A stretch of DNA of 23,781 bases, from positions 112,768-136,548 of IMG/VR virus record IMGVR_UViG_2716884425_000003. One strand, 5' to 3'. This DNA comes from a virus. The notes beneath the pieces are model-generated. The model saw only the letters and a program-made list of their open reading frames with translations, was not told the DNA's origin and did no database searches. Positions 1 through 8,283 of this stretch are shown in pieces. Within the stretch, counting starts at the first letter, position 1, and the number at the start of each line of letters is the position of its first letter. The translations under genes and the position numbers were made by a program.

Positions 1-158
1 TTCTTCTTTATATTCTTTCCTGCTTCTTCTGTCTGGAATATAGATTCAATTTTGTCATTAATCTTCAGTTCTAGGTCTACACATTGCTGATTGTAGAATT
101 TGTGACTGTCGATTGCTAAATTCAGTTTGTCGAGAGTTGATGATTCGTTGTTTTCCAT
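1..158 (-). CDS. hypothetical protein, 3' end truncated by window edge (MENNESSTLDKLNLAIDSHKFYNQQCVDLELK...)
   Basis: Manual translation from ATG at 158 is open to the window edge; preceded by the AT-rich TTAATTAA element seen before other genes. Confidence 0.7.
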   Translation of the reverse strand, partial: MENNESSTLDKLNLAIDSHKFYNQQCVDLELKINDKIESIFQTEEAGKNIKK

Positions 159-203
159 TTTTTTAATTAAAATTAAATTAATTAGTTTTTTGTTAGTTAA
201 TAT

Positions 204-243
204 GGGAGGCGCAGGGGAAACCTACTAAACCCCTACGCCTCCC
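204..243. terminator. strong 14-bp GC-rich hairpin with a 12-nt loop immediately after rIIA (terminator or mRNA 3' structure)
   Basis: Arms gggaggcgcagggg (204-217) and cccctacgcctccc (230-243); the single mismatch is a G-U pair on the - strand. The T-tract follows only on the + strand, so it is not a textbook terminator for rIIA. Confidence 0.7.
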
Positions 244-249
244 GTTTTT

Positions 250-2535
250 TTATTCCCCTGTGCTTGAGGATTGGTTACATACGTCAACCAGATTGATGTA
301 GTTGACGATTTCCTTCATACCTTTAACTTTGCCATGTCTCCACGCATGGGAATTAGCGTGTTGGAGCATCGGGTAGCGTTTCAGCGCATTTTTCAGCCCT
401 TTTACGAGCGGAAATGATGGTTTAACCTTCAGATTCACTGTGATGCCGAATTGGGAACAAAGGTTCTTGATTGTCTCAACGCCATCGCGTTCAGAACGTG
501 CCTTCATTAGCCCGAAATTGCTCGCTAACGCATGAGCAGAACCTTCCGCATCCTTGAGTGCCAAATCCTCTATGGAGGCTCTTAATTGCGTCAGGAGTCC
601 TTTAGCGTCCCAATTCCATGAATCTTCCACAAAGTCACGCTCACCTTCAAGTGCCTTCAGTTGCAGCATATCGGCCCATGCCAATTCATACTCACCGTCA
701 TTGAGCTTTTCCTTGAGTGTAGCTTGGATGTAATCCCAAAGGGTAATCCAATTATCCTTGCCTTCTACATCACTACGATTCTTAACCTTGAATCCGTACA
801 CGTTTTCGGGGAAGGGAATGTGGGCTTGCTCAAAGCACTCCTTGAGTTCCTTAATCTTGCGCGGTTCTTCCGTAGTTGGGTATCCATCGCCGTTATTCCT
901 CTCTGCTTGGAATTGGTCTAGGATAACGTACACTCGCGTTTCGCTAGTCTCTGCTACGTCTACATCTGCGATGCTCCACCAAGAGGACTTCTTTCTGTCC
1001 CAATACCGTCCCTCATGGTCAAATTTGAACGTGAAGCACTTTGCAGAGTGTTTCTTGTTCTTCTCGCCCACTCCAGAACCAGCAGGAGCAGCAGAGTACC
1101 CAGCGAAATCGCTCAACGGACGTTTCTCCATCTTGCTCAACTTGAGCATTTGAGCATCAAAACCCGCATACGATTTCCAACGCTTCTTCTCTGCCTCACT
1201 ATTAAATTTAATTAAATAGACATTCTTGTCTTGTTCTAGGATGTAAGGCAATACTTTGCCCATAATTCCACGGCGATGCCCTTGGTCATTCTCAATCACA
1301 ACCGTTCTGTTGGATGCCGAAAGGTGACTTGTCTCCTCAATGCGATACTTTGAGCTTCGCCATGACTTCTTCCAAGTGTGCATTTCGACCCTATCAGCTT
1401 CGGGGTAACACCCATTAGAGTCCTTCTTGCCGTACTGATAGAAATTGCTGATACTGGTATCGCCTATCTTCTTGCCTTTGAACTTCATTTTCTCTGCTAC
1501 AAAGTTCCGCAAGTTGTAGAGATTGCTTGCCATGTCAAAGATGGAACCCATGAGGCACTTTGCATCCCATAGCGTTTTGCAACCACTGAACTCTTTACTG
1601 ATGACGCTGATAAGCTCATCAGAAACAGTTTTCAGTTTCTTCTTAATGTTCTTTCTTGTATAATCGGTATATTGTAGCTTTTCGCGTGATGCCGAAATCT
1701 CCAAATCACCAATGTCGAACTTCATCACAAGATTGCCGCAAAGCAGTTCTTGTATCTTCTTTTCTTCATCAGAGAAGTCTCCCAAGGAATAAACGTCAAT
1801 AGGATAACCAATGTTCCCCATGACTGCGATTGCCTCACCCTTGTCATAACGGTCACGCTTTTCAGCTAACCACTTCCACTCGTCTGCCTCAAAGAGTGCT
1901 TCATTCTGATATTCAAATTGAGAGTGACCCTTGATGTTCGGAATCACATTGAACCAGCGGAACAAGTCCTTGGACTTTGACACAAAGGCATCTACATCCT
2001 CGCCCCTTACAGGAACAACGATTTCAATACCATTTTCTTCCTTGGTTGCTTCTTCACCAATCTTGGAAATCTGACCAATCTGTGACGGGTCGATATAAGC
2101 ATTGTAGATATACTTCTTGCCGTCAAGGTAAGAATTGATAACGTAATTGTCTCCGTAGGCAAATGCCGCTTTAGAACCGATACCCAGCATACCAATCTGG
2201 TCATTCGTGTTACGCTTGGTGGACTCACCGTAGAAGGCGTACACCTCTTGGATTTCAGTTTCAGAGAGTGCTGGGCCAAAGTCACGAACCTTAAAGAACA
2301 GGCTCATTTTGGTCGGCAAGGTAACTTCGATGGGGCGTTCTGGATGCCCTGCTACCGTGTGTGCGTCAACTGCATTGCAGGAGTATTCACGGATGACTGC
2401 GAGTTCCTTATCCGAGTAAAGTTGATTTCGGAGGATTCCGAGGATGTGATGTAATCCAGAGGATTTGATTCCAAAAGATACGGACTTCTGGATGCCGCTG
2501 GACTCGACGGTTTGTTGATTTGTAATAGGTTTCAT
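250..2535 (-). CDS. rIIA: rIIA-like lysis inhibitor/membrane-integrity protector (N-terminal GHKL ATPase domain)
   Basis: LYSDKELAVIREYSCNAVDAH, VRDFGPAL, STKRNTNDQIGMLGIGSKAAFAY, MGNIGYPI, FDIGDLEISASREKL motifs typical of phage rIIA; 761 aa. Confidence 0.85.
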   Translation of the reverse strand: MKPITNQQTVESSGIQKSVSFGIKSSGLHHILGILRNQLYSDKELAVIREYSCNAVDAHTVAGHPERPIEVTLPTKMSLFFKVRDFGPALSETEIQEVYAFYGESTKRNTNDQIGMLGIGSKAAFAYGDNYVINSYLDGKKYIYNAYIDPSQIGQISKIGEEATKEENGIEIVVPVRGEDVDAFVSKSKDLFRWFNVIPNIKGHSQFEYQNEALFEADEWKWLAEKRDRYDKGEAIAVMGNIGYPIDVYSLGDFSDEEKKIQELLCGNLVMKFDIGDLEISASREKLQYTDYTRKNIKKKLKTVSDELISVISKEFSGCKTLWDAKCLMGSIFDMASNLYNLRNFVAEKMKFKGKKIGDTSISNFYQYGKKDSNGCYPEADRVEMHTWKKSWRSSKYRIEETSHLSASNRTVVIENDQGHRRGIMGKVLPYILEQDKNVYLIKFNSEAEKKRWKSYAGFDAQMLKLSKMEKRPLSDFAGYSAAPAGSGVGEKNKKHSAKCFTFKFDHEGRYWDRKKSSWWSIADVDVAETSETRVYVILDQFQAERNNGDGYPTTEEPRKIKELKECFEQAHIPFPENVYGFKVKNRSDVEGKDNWITLWDYIQATLKEKLNDGEYELAWADMLQLKALEGERDFVEDSWNWDAKGLLTQLRASIEDLALKDAEGSAHALASNFGLMKARSERDGVETIKNLCSQFGITVNLKVKPSFPLVKGLKNALKRYPMLQHANSHAWRHGKVKGMKEIVNYINLVDVCNQSSSTGE

Positions 2536-2561
2536 AGTAGGTTTGTCTTAACTGTAAGACC

Positions 2562-2590
2562 AGTATAAACTAAATCCTAATATGAGTCAA
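2562..2590 (-). promoter_or_regulatory. sigma-70-type promoter for rIIA
   Basis: TTGACT-17nt-TATACT on - strand; followed by perfect inverted repeat GTCTTA-N4-TAAGAC (2545-2560). Confidence 0.8.
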
Positions 2591-2809
2591 GACATTTTTT
2601 ACACTAAAGTCATTTTTTATCAAATGGTCATAATTCAGCCTAGTTCTACGCCCATCCCAATATGCTTCAGCTAACTGTTCTTTGTCGTAAGGACACTTCT
2701 GCCTTGTCCTCTTATGCTCATAACCTATCATAAAGGCATGAGTATAGCGTAAGAGGCTCAATCCGAGCCTCCGTCTACGCTTGTTTAGATTTGCGATTTG
2801 TTTCTCCAA
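2570..2809 (-). CDS. hypothetical protein (TTG start)
   Basis: 79-aa ORF in gene-dense run, preceded by TTAATTAA element; 3' end overlaps rIIA promoter. Confidence 0.55.
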   Translation of the reverse strand: MEKQIANLNKRRRRLGLSLLRYTHAFMIGYEHKRTRQKCPYDKEQLAEAYWDGRRTRLNYDHLIKNDFSVKNVLTHIRI

Positions 2810-2824
2810 TTTTAATTAATTAAA

Positions 2825-3025
2825 TTAGGTTGTCATGTCGTAAATATCAGAGACAGTTTCCAACACATCAAGTTCTTTACCATTGTGAAATACCACTCGC
2901 GTAATTTCTTGAGAGGTTTCTTCCATAGTGAACCTAAAAGCAAAACTGATGCTATCAGAGTCGATTAGTGCTTCTCTGTCATTATGAAGCATTACCTTGA
3001 TTAGTTTACTGTTGTTCTTTTTCAT
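2825..3025 (-). CDS. small FlbD-like hypothetical protein
   Basis: LIKV...ALIDSDSI...TRVVFHNGKELDVLETVSDI pattern resembles FlbD-family small beta proteins. Confidence 0.6.
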   Translation of the reverse strand: MKKNNSKLIKVMLHNDREALIDSDSISFAFRFTMEETSQEITRVVFHNGKELDVLETVSDIYDMTT

Positions 3026-3170
3026 TTTTATCCCAATAATTCTTTTCTCCGTTTGCTTTGCAGAGTTCGCTCCACCAATCCTTGTTTTCTGGAATCTCTG
3101 GATTGTCTATCGGTTGGTCATGCCGATGCGTGTATTTGCCGTCCCGATTTGTTGAACCTTCGTCGCTCAT
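3006..3170 (-). CDS. hypothetical protein, 54 aa (MSDEGSTNRDGKYTHRHDQP...)
   Basis: Manual translation; start overlaps upstream stop (ATGA); fills gap in ORF track. Confidence 0.6.
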   Translation of the reverse strand: MSDEGSTNRDGKYTHRHDQPIDNPEIPENKDWWSELCKANGEKNYWDKNEKEQQ

Positions 3171-3337
3171 AGTGAACCTACCATTTCCCGCACTTGCTTC
3201 TTGAAGGCGCGAACCTTTTTGGCTTGTTTTTCAAAACCGTGCTTCTTATACTGTTGAGCCTTACGCTCAAGAGTCTCTTGGAGGCTACCGGACAAAAAGT
3301 TGTCTAGGTACTCTTTAGTTGCTTGTTTGTCTGCCAT
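3167..3337 (-). CDS. hypothetical protein, 56 aa (MADKQATKEYLDNFLSGSLQETLERKA...)
   Basis: Manual translation; tiles with neighbours. Confidence 0.65.
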   Translation of the reverse strand: MADKQATKEYLDNFLSGSLQETLERKAQQYKKHGFEKQAKKVRAFKKQVREMVGSL

Positions 3338-3503
3338 TCTTCTTACTCACTTTCTTTTTGGCCTTCTTCGGAGCGGGTTTCTGTGCGTCACGCACTTTCT
3401 TCCATTCGCTCTTTGGCGCATATTTCCAGCCCTGCTTCGTCAGGGTTTCCGCTTGGGCATCTGATACCCGTTTAACCTCCTTATTCTTCTTAATTGTTTT
3501 CAT
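3315..3503 (-). CDS. small basic hypothetical protein
   Basis: 62 aa, KRVSDAQAETLTKQGWKYAPKSEWK pattern common in large phages; Lys-rich tail. Confidence 0.7.
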   Translation of the reverse strand: MKTIKKNKEVKRVSDAQAETLTKQGWKYAPKSEWKKVRDAQKPAPKKAKKKVSKKNGRQTSN

Positions 3504-3517
3504 AAGATACTATTCTT

Positions 3518-3712
3518 TTAGCCCTTTGTCGAGCAAAATTCTTCGATTTCTAAATCCTTCGGATTGAAACTCTTGTATGCGTATTGCTCTGCAATGTGAA
3601 GCAGTTTGTATTCCTGCTCTGGTACTACCTCGTCAATCGTTCTTGGGGTAGATTGACAACCCGTAATTAAAATAATTAAAATACCAAATAATACTTTCAA
3701 TTTATTCTCCAT
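3518..3712 (-). CDS. putative lipoprotein
   Basis: Hydrophobic signal ending in lipobox ITGC. Confidence 0.65.
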   Translation of the reverse strand: MENKLKVLFGILIILITGCQSTPRTIDEVVPEQEYKLLHIAEQYAYKSFNPKDLEIEEFCSTKG

Positions 3713-3842
3713 ATTCTTTTAAGATTGATAGTTGTTCTTCCATAAAATTAGTTGCTTCTTTGTAACTGTAAAATGGCCCATACATATCACCATCGTCACT
3801 TACATAATACTCACCTTCGATTTGTTCTATGTTGAAGTTCAT
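3702..3842 (-). CDS. hypothetical protein, 46 aa (MNFNIEQIEGEYYVSDDGDMYGPFYSYKEA...)
   Basis: Manual translation; ATGA overlap with upstream gene; similar to 6630-6806. Confidence 0.65.
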   Translation of the reverse strand: MNFNIEQIEGEYYVSDDGDMYGPFYSYKEATNFMEEQLSILKEYGE

Positions 3843-4066
3843 TTAACCTCCATTACTGTGCCGTCAGGCCCGATTTCCAATCCACGATGACGTTCCATCT
3901 CACGGGCATCAATGCACCATGCCTTGCGCGGTTTGTGATTGCAAGTCGCCACTTCTTGTTCGTCTCGCTTCTGCCACTCCGTCTCGATGAAATCAATCAT
4001 CTCTTGATGGACTCTACCCGCAAGTAGTTCACGATGCACATGGTCTAGTATTGCTCTATCGGTCAT
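3839..4066 (-). CDS. hypothetical protein (start MTDRAILD)
   Basis: ORF track 3839..4087 trimmed to the ATG overlapping the upstream gene end. Confidence 0.65.
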   Translation of the reverse strand: MTDRAILDHVHRELLAGRVHQEMIDFIETEWQKRDEQEVATCNHKPRKAWCIDAREMERHRGLEIGPDGTVMEVK

Positions 4067-4190
4067 TGGCGTTTTCCCTCGGTTCAAGCATTTCCAGCAT
4101 CATGTCTACTTCTTTGTTAGTAAGATAACACTCTGTGCCATCGCTAGTTTCGTACCAGATTCCGTCAGTAGTTTTTTCTATTACTTGCAT
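4056..4190 (-). CDS. hypothetical protein, 44 aa (MQVIEKTTDGIWYETSDG...)
   Basis: ORF track 4056..4292 trimmed; its 5' part overlaps a better gene at 4196-4357. Confidence 0.55.
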   Translation of the reverse strand: MQVIEKTTDGIWYETSDGTECYLTNKEVDMMLEMLEPRENANDR

Positions 4191-4195
4191 GATTA

Positions 4196-4357
4196 TTACT
4201 TGGATGATAGTTTGTGAACAGTCCAGAACCCAAGGATACTTGGAACCCACAATCCAACATAAATGCCAGATTCTTTTGAACCGTTGAACCAAAGCAGTAC
4301 GCTTGCTGTTAGACTTGCGATGCTTGCTACTAGATATATTACGTCTGTTTTACTCAT
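4196..4357 (-). CDS. small two-TM membrane protein (MSKTDVIYLVASIASLTASVLLWFNGSKESGIYVGLWVPSILGF...)
   Basis: Manual translation, 53 aa; LWFxG..xGxyVGLWVPSIL motif of a conserved small bacterial membrane-protein family; AT-rich element upstream. Confidence 0.75.
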   Translation of the reverse strand: MSKTDVIYLVASIASLTASVLLWFNGSKESGIYVGLWVPSILGFWTVHKLSSK

Positions 4358-4378
4358 TTTTTTGTTAATTAAAATTGA

Positions 4379-5278
4379 TTAAATTGCTGCGATTGCGTAG
4401 TCTTTGTGCTTGAGTTCTATGTCGTAGTCAACAGGCATATCGAAACTGCTGTAAGGTTTGTCAGTGGGCATATCTGCATGACTACGAGGATTGGTCTTGT
4501 CGGGATGGGACTCTGAATAGTGAAACAGAGGCTTGTAGTAACCTGTACGCATCCATGTATTGTAGCACAAGCGATATGCTTGCTCTTGAGTAAGACCGTC
4601 AGGTAAGCACTTGTGGTGCAAATTGTCGTAAGTGATAGGCAAGTCGAAATGCTTGGCGAGTAATGATGGAGTCCAGATACCCTTGTCCTCGTTTTCTACG
4701 ACAAGACGAGACTGAACGGAGTCATCGCACTTGGCGAGGTTGGACATGAAACGTGCGGCAATGTCAGCAGGGTCGCCCTTGGTGTTGTTGACATGGATGT
4801 TGATAGGGCAACGGTAGTCACGATGACAACCTACCATACTTGTAAGTCTGTCCATAAGCCAACCGTGATGGTTAAGTTCTACGATAGTCTTGTCTACTTG
4901 AGCTTGACCTGTGCTGGCAAGCACGTTGAACTGGTCTGGATGACATGAAACACGGATGTCGTAGTCGTTAACAACACTAGCGCAATCTGCGAGCGTTGCC
5001 ATGATGTCGTTGTAGTCAGGATAATCCTCTAGCTTGAGTTGTGCTACATCGTATGTAAGCAATGGAAACAAGTTAGAACTAGCACGATAACCCCAACCGT
5101 GTGTGCCGCAATGTAATAGAGTCTTGCGTGTAACACGGATGTTGTTGAGTGTGCGAGCAGATACAGTTGCAATAGCCTCTGTGCGGTCAAGTTGCGAGAA
5201 GCGATGCCAAGTCATAGTCTGAAACTTGTGACCGTCATCTGCGAGCGAATTTGATATGCAACAAAGGTGATACGACAT
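4379..5278 (-). CDS. uvsE: UV DNA damage repair endonuclease UvsE (UVDE, TIM barrel)
   Basis: YRASSNLFP, RVSCHPDQFNVLAS, INIHV, RLVVENED, YDNLHH, PLFHYSES, HAD, DIELKHKDYA motifs. Confidence 0.92.
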   Translation of the reverse strand: MSYHLCCISNSLADDGHKFQTMTWHRFSQLDRTEAIATVSARTLNNIRVTRKTLLHCGTHGWGYRASSNLFPLLTYDVAQLKLEDYPDYNDIMATLADCASVVNDYDIRVSCHPDQFNVLASTGQAQVDKTIVELNHHGWLMDRLTSMVGCHRDYRCPINIHVNNTKGDPADIAARFMSNLAKCDDSVQSRLVVENEDKGIWTPSLLAKHFDLPITYDNLHHKCLPDGLTQEQAYRLCYNTWMRTGYYKPLFHYSESHPDKTNPRSHADMPTDKPYSSFDMPVDYDIELKHKDYAIAAI

Positions 5279-5284
5279 AATGTG

Positions 5285-5313
5285 AGTATAAGGGTTATCC
5301 TATTCCAAGTCAA
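5285..5313 (-). promoter_or_regulatory. sigma-70-type promoter, leaderless geometry, for uvsE
   Basis: TTGACT-17nt-TATACT-6nt-ATG. Confidence 0.85.
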
Positions 5314-5316
5314 GCA

Positions 5317-5493
5317 CTAAATGTCCCATTCTGCTAATGCGTATTCTAGCACTTGTTCCATAGTATGTCCATGCTCGTTTGCTTCTGCTGCCATTGTTAA
5401 TGCGCTCCACATGACCTCTGCTGCCATTCCATGTTCGTTGGCAGCATTCAATGTCTTTGACACTAACGCTAGATTTTCATTCGCTTCACTCAT
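5317..5493 (-). CDS. hypothetical protein, 58 aa (MSEANENLALVSKTLNAANEHGMAAEVMWSAL...EYALAEWDI)
   Basis: Manual translation; ATGA coupling with upstream gene; not in ORF track. Confidence 0.7.
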   Translation of the reverse strand: MSEANENLALVSKTLNAANEHGMAAEVMWSALTMAAEANEHGHTMEQVLEYALAEWDI

Positions 5494-5714
5494 AATTCAA
5501 TATCGTAAGAACCATCTTCTGCTTCACTAGCAATTTCTTTGTCAGTAAGAACCCTGACCACTTTTGCTCCTAGCTTTTTAGCGTGTTCGCTTACGGATTT
5601 CCAATTATCGTCTTTCAATACAAAATACATAGATTTTCTACTTTTAGACTCTTTGGATAGCCCACTCACTCCAACTACTTCTTTACTATCCTCAATACAA
5701 AGATAAGGTTTCAT
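5490..5714 (-). CDS. hypothetical protein
   Basis: 74 aa, coupled to both neighbours. Confidence 0.65.
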   Translation of the reverse strand: MKPYLCIEDSKEVVGVSGLSKESKSRKSMYFVLKDDNWKSVSEHAKKLGAKVVRVLTDKEIASEAEDGSYDIEL

Positions 5715-5902
5715 TATTCCTTCTTACTTTCTTCTAATGCTTGTTGTTCAGCTTGAAACTGACTCCCCATCAGTTCCATTGCTCGTTGCATTCCGCGCCT
5801 TTCTTGGGCTTTTTCATTTTTAGCTTGTGCGCGTCGAATGTTCCTAGTCTTGCGCCATGCGCTATGACTCCGATTTTTTCTATGATGCTTTGATTCTGGC
5901 AT
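5714..5902 (-). CDS. small basic hypothetical protein
   Basis: 62 aa, Arg/Lys-rich N-terminus; TAATG coupling. Confidence 0.65.
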   Translation of the reverse strand: MPESKHHRKNRSHSAWRKTRNIRRAQAKNEKAQERRGMQRAMELMGSQFQAEQQALEESKKE

Positions 5903-5906
5903 GATT

Positions 5907-6068
5907 TTATCTTTCTATCTTTTCAAAGTGTTTGTCTACGATTGCATTGATTGAATCTACTGCCTCTTGGACTTCTTCTTTATCGTATTCATTGCAGTAT
6001 TCGCGCATCATCCAATCGCTGATATTATCTTTAATATCTTCTTTAACATCTGGTATCTTGTACCCCAT
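5907..6068 (-). CDS. hypothetical protein, 53 aa (MGYKIPDVKEDIKDNISDWMMREY...)
   Basis: Manual translation; tiles between neighbours. Confidence 0.65.
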   Translation of the reverse strand: MGYKIPDVKEDIKDNISDWMMREYCNEYDKEEVQEAVDSINAIVDKHFEKIER

Positions 6069-6069
6069 T

Positions 6070-6255
6070 TTAATAATCTACTCCTACGTCTTGTTGCGGG
6101 TATTCGCTATTGCTCTTTACCAACTCTGGTCGCTCTCGCTCAATCATTTCCCGAATGTCTTGGCATCGGTCGAAACATTGGTCAAGCGTAGCTTGATTGT
6201 TGGTGAAGTCGGGGCATCTGTCGTAGATTGCCATAATTAATTCGTAGTTTCTCAT
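6070..6255 (-). CDS. hypothetical protein (start MRNYELIM)
   Basis: ORF track trimmed to the ATG following the TTAATTAA element. Confidence 0.65.
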   Translation of the reverse strand: MRNYELIMAIYDRCPDFTNNQATLDQCFDRCQDIREMIERERPELVKSNSEYPQQDVGVDY

Positions 6256-6269
6256 TTTAATTAATTTAA

Positions 6270-6626
6270 TTAGATTCCAAGTGCTTGTTTTGTACGTTCG
6301 ACAAGGTTGTGTACGTCCAGCCATGTCAAACCTTCTTCTAACTGTCCATTTGAATCCATGAACTTGTTAGCCCTACCTTGCCACTGACCTCCGAAATTGA
6401 CTCGACAAGTCGGTGCGACATTGTAGATTCCTCCCACAAGGTGCGCTTTGCCGCGAATGTGAACCGTGACAAAAGGATATTTCTCCCTAACCTTATGCAA
6501 TCTAACCGTTGCCGCTTCAGCAGGAAAGTTGTGAGTTTGTGTTTTCGGTATTACGTCCTTGGCATCAATCTTACCTTGATTAACAAGACCCATTACCCGT
6601 GTGTTTTTTTCCCATTTTAGTTCCAT
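6270..6626 (-). CDS. hypothetical protein
   Basis: 118-aa ORF in co-oriented run. Confidence 0.75.
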   Translation of the reverse strand: MELKWEKNTRVMGLVNQGKIDAKDVIPKTQTHNFPAEAATVRLHKVREKYPFVTVHIRGKAHLVGGIYNVAPTCRVNFGGQWQGRANKFMDSNGQLEEGLTWLDVHNLVERTKQALGI

Positions 6627-6629
6627 AAT

Positions 6630-6806
6630 TTATCCTAAATAATCGTTATCGTCTGATGGCATCATACTCAAAGGGTACTGAACATCTGCCGTTGGTGGAA
6701 GGTCATCGTGACAATCCTTGATTGTGTCGTATGGGCCTTGCGTATGACCTGTTTCGTCAATAATCCAATACCCATCGTCTTTGTCTAGTATCTCGTAGTT
6801 TTTCAT
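6630..6806 (-). CDS. hypothetical protein, 58 aa (MKNYEILDKDDGYWIIDETGHTQGPYDTIKDC...)
   Basis: Manual translation; starts 1 nt after ligase stop. Confidence 0.7.
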   Translation of the reverse strand: MKNYEILDKDDGYWIIDETGHTQGPYDTIKDCHDDLPPTADVQYPLSMMPSDDNDYLG

Positions 6807-6807
6807 T

Positions 6808-7980
6808 TTACTCGTAGTCTCTGATTGCTATTACATAAGGAAAGCGGGGTACACCGTCTGGCGTGAGATTAAAATACTTAATCGTCGCATCCTTACCTAT
6901 TAGAGTATCCGCTATTTCCAGTAGTTTTGTCAAGTAAGAAAATGAACCTTTTACATTTGAGTTAAATTCCTTACCGTCCTTGTTTTTGAATTTGAAGTGT
7001 TTAACGGTTCCAGCACGATTGCCTTCGCCTTCTTCATATCCAAGAATCTTATATTCTTCATCGACGAACTCCTTACGCTTGAGCAATTTGGGTGAGCGTT
7101 TATTCTCGTAAGGCCCATCGAGCCTAACCATTTGCCCTTCGTATCCCGCTTCTATGTAATCTTCATAGCAACGGTCTAGTTGCTCTCTGCCATGTATTTC
7201 GACAGTAGGCACTATAACCAAGCAATCTTCTTTCTCTAGCTTTAGATTAACGAACGAGGCATCTAGTTTAGATGTTCTGTCTGAATATAAATCCTTTTCA
7301 GTCATAGCCCACTTACCATTGCCAATCACGGGCGCATCATAAATGTGATACTGAATCATTTCTGCGCTCTCCGCAAGATGTTCGTCAGTAAGATTCTGTT
7401 TGCGAACAAGGTGAATGATTTTGTTGAAATCATCTTTGTAAGCATGATTGTATAACTCACCGTCAAGTGTAGCATTAGGATACAACTTAAAGAAGGGTTC
7501 CAACGCTTCGCTGATGTGAGGTACGGCAGTAATCTCTTTACCAGTGCGGGTAAACAATCCCTCACGCATAGCGATACAGCGTATGCCGTCCAGTTTGGGT
7601 TGGGAGAATACAGTTCCAACGGTTCCTCCATCCACCTGTTGTAAGTCAGCCATGACCTCACTCTGGCGATTCTTGTTCTTGAAGTCCTGTGCGAGCATAG
7701 GCTCATAAAAACGCTTCTTACTGATATTCTTGAGGTTCAAGTGGTATCCAGCCTCCAGCTTTTTCTTGTGTTTCGCTTCAGCTTCCTTGAGTGCTTGTTC
7801 CTCGCCAGTGGTAGCGTTTTTCTTTCCCACATTCTTACCTTGGCAAACAGTCCAGTTGTTTGTAATCTTCTTGCCGTCTGCTTGTCCAGAAATTGTACGG
7901 AACTTGTTCCCGCTCACTTCGATTTCCCAAGTTTGGGTTTTACCGATAGTGGTCTTTTTGTATAGTGTAGGTAATTTCAT
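6808..7980 (-). CDS. lig: ATP-dependent DNA ligase with N-terminal WGR-like extension
   Basis: Motif I QPKLDGIRC, LDGELY, YHIYD, EGQMVR, LLKRKEF, PRFP. Confidence 0.95.
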   Translation of the reverse strand: MKLPTLYKKTTIGKTQTWEIEVSGNKFRTISGQADGKKITNNWTVCQGKNVGKKNATTGEEQALKEAEAKHKKKLEAGYHLNLKNISKKRFYEPMLAQDFKNKNRQSEVMADLQQVDGGTVGTVFSQPKLDGIRCIAMREGLFTRTGKEITAVPHISEALEPFFKLYPNATLDGELYNHAYKDDFNKIIHLVRKQNLTDEHLAESAEMIQYHIYDAPVIGNGKWAMTEKDLYSDRTSKLDASFVNLKLEKEDCLVIVPTVEIHGREQLDRCYEDYIEAGYEGQMVRLDGPYENKRSPKLLKRKEFVDEEYKILGYEEGEGNRAGTVKHFKFKNKDGKEFNSNVKGSFSYLTKLLEIADTLIGKDATIKYFNLTPDGVPRFPYVIAIRDYE

Positions 7981-7998
7981 AATTTTAATTAATTTAAT

Positions 7999-8283
7999 TT
8001 ACTGCTTCTTTGCTTCTTCTAATGCTTGAGTATAAAACTCTACGCACTCTCCTATCTCTTGCTTATGATGTTCTTCGAGCTTTATGATTTCATCCATGTG
8101 CCTCATAGCTTGTAAACTCACTAATTCTGCGTAGCTTGTAGACATGACTTCCACTTGCCTGTTGCCTATCTTGTGCATTCTGTCGATGATTGCCTCTTGG
8201 TCTTTATATTCACCATGAAGGTAAATCAACATACCCAAAAGCGGCAACACGGTTAGCCAGTAAAATGCTCGTTCTTTATTCAT
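7999..8283 (-). CDS. hypothetical membrane-anchored coiled-coil protein
   Basis: N-terminal TM (FYWLTVLPLLGMLIYL) followed by helical region. Confidence 0.7.
   Translation of the reverse strand: MNKERAFYWLTVLPLLGMLIYLHGEYKDQEAIIDRMHKIGNRQVEVMSTSYAELVSLQAMRHMDEIIKLEEHHKQEIGECVEFYTQALEEAKKQ

Noticed and set aside
661-2454. Several + strand ORFs and one alternate-frame ORF inside rIIA (and similar shadow ORFs inside ligase, ALDH, sigma, guaC, thyX)
   Set aside because: Antisense/alternate-frame shadows of well-supported genes, with no motifs or initiation signals
2924-3180. 13-bp direct repeat CATAGTGAACCTA (2924-2936, 3168-3180)
   Set aside because: Only two copies, both in coding sequence, with no element between them; cannot be distinguished from chance
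3504-3532. gcTCGACA-17nt-TATCTT promoter-like sequence before 3315-3503
   Set aside because: The -10 box abuts the ATG with no gap, so the transcript would start inside the ORF; the alternative TAGTAT box has a poor spacer. Left uncalled
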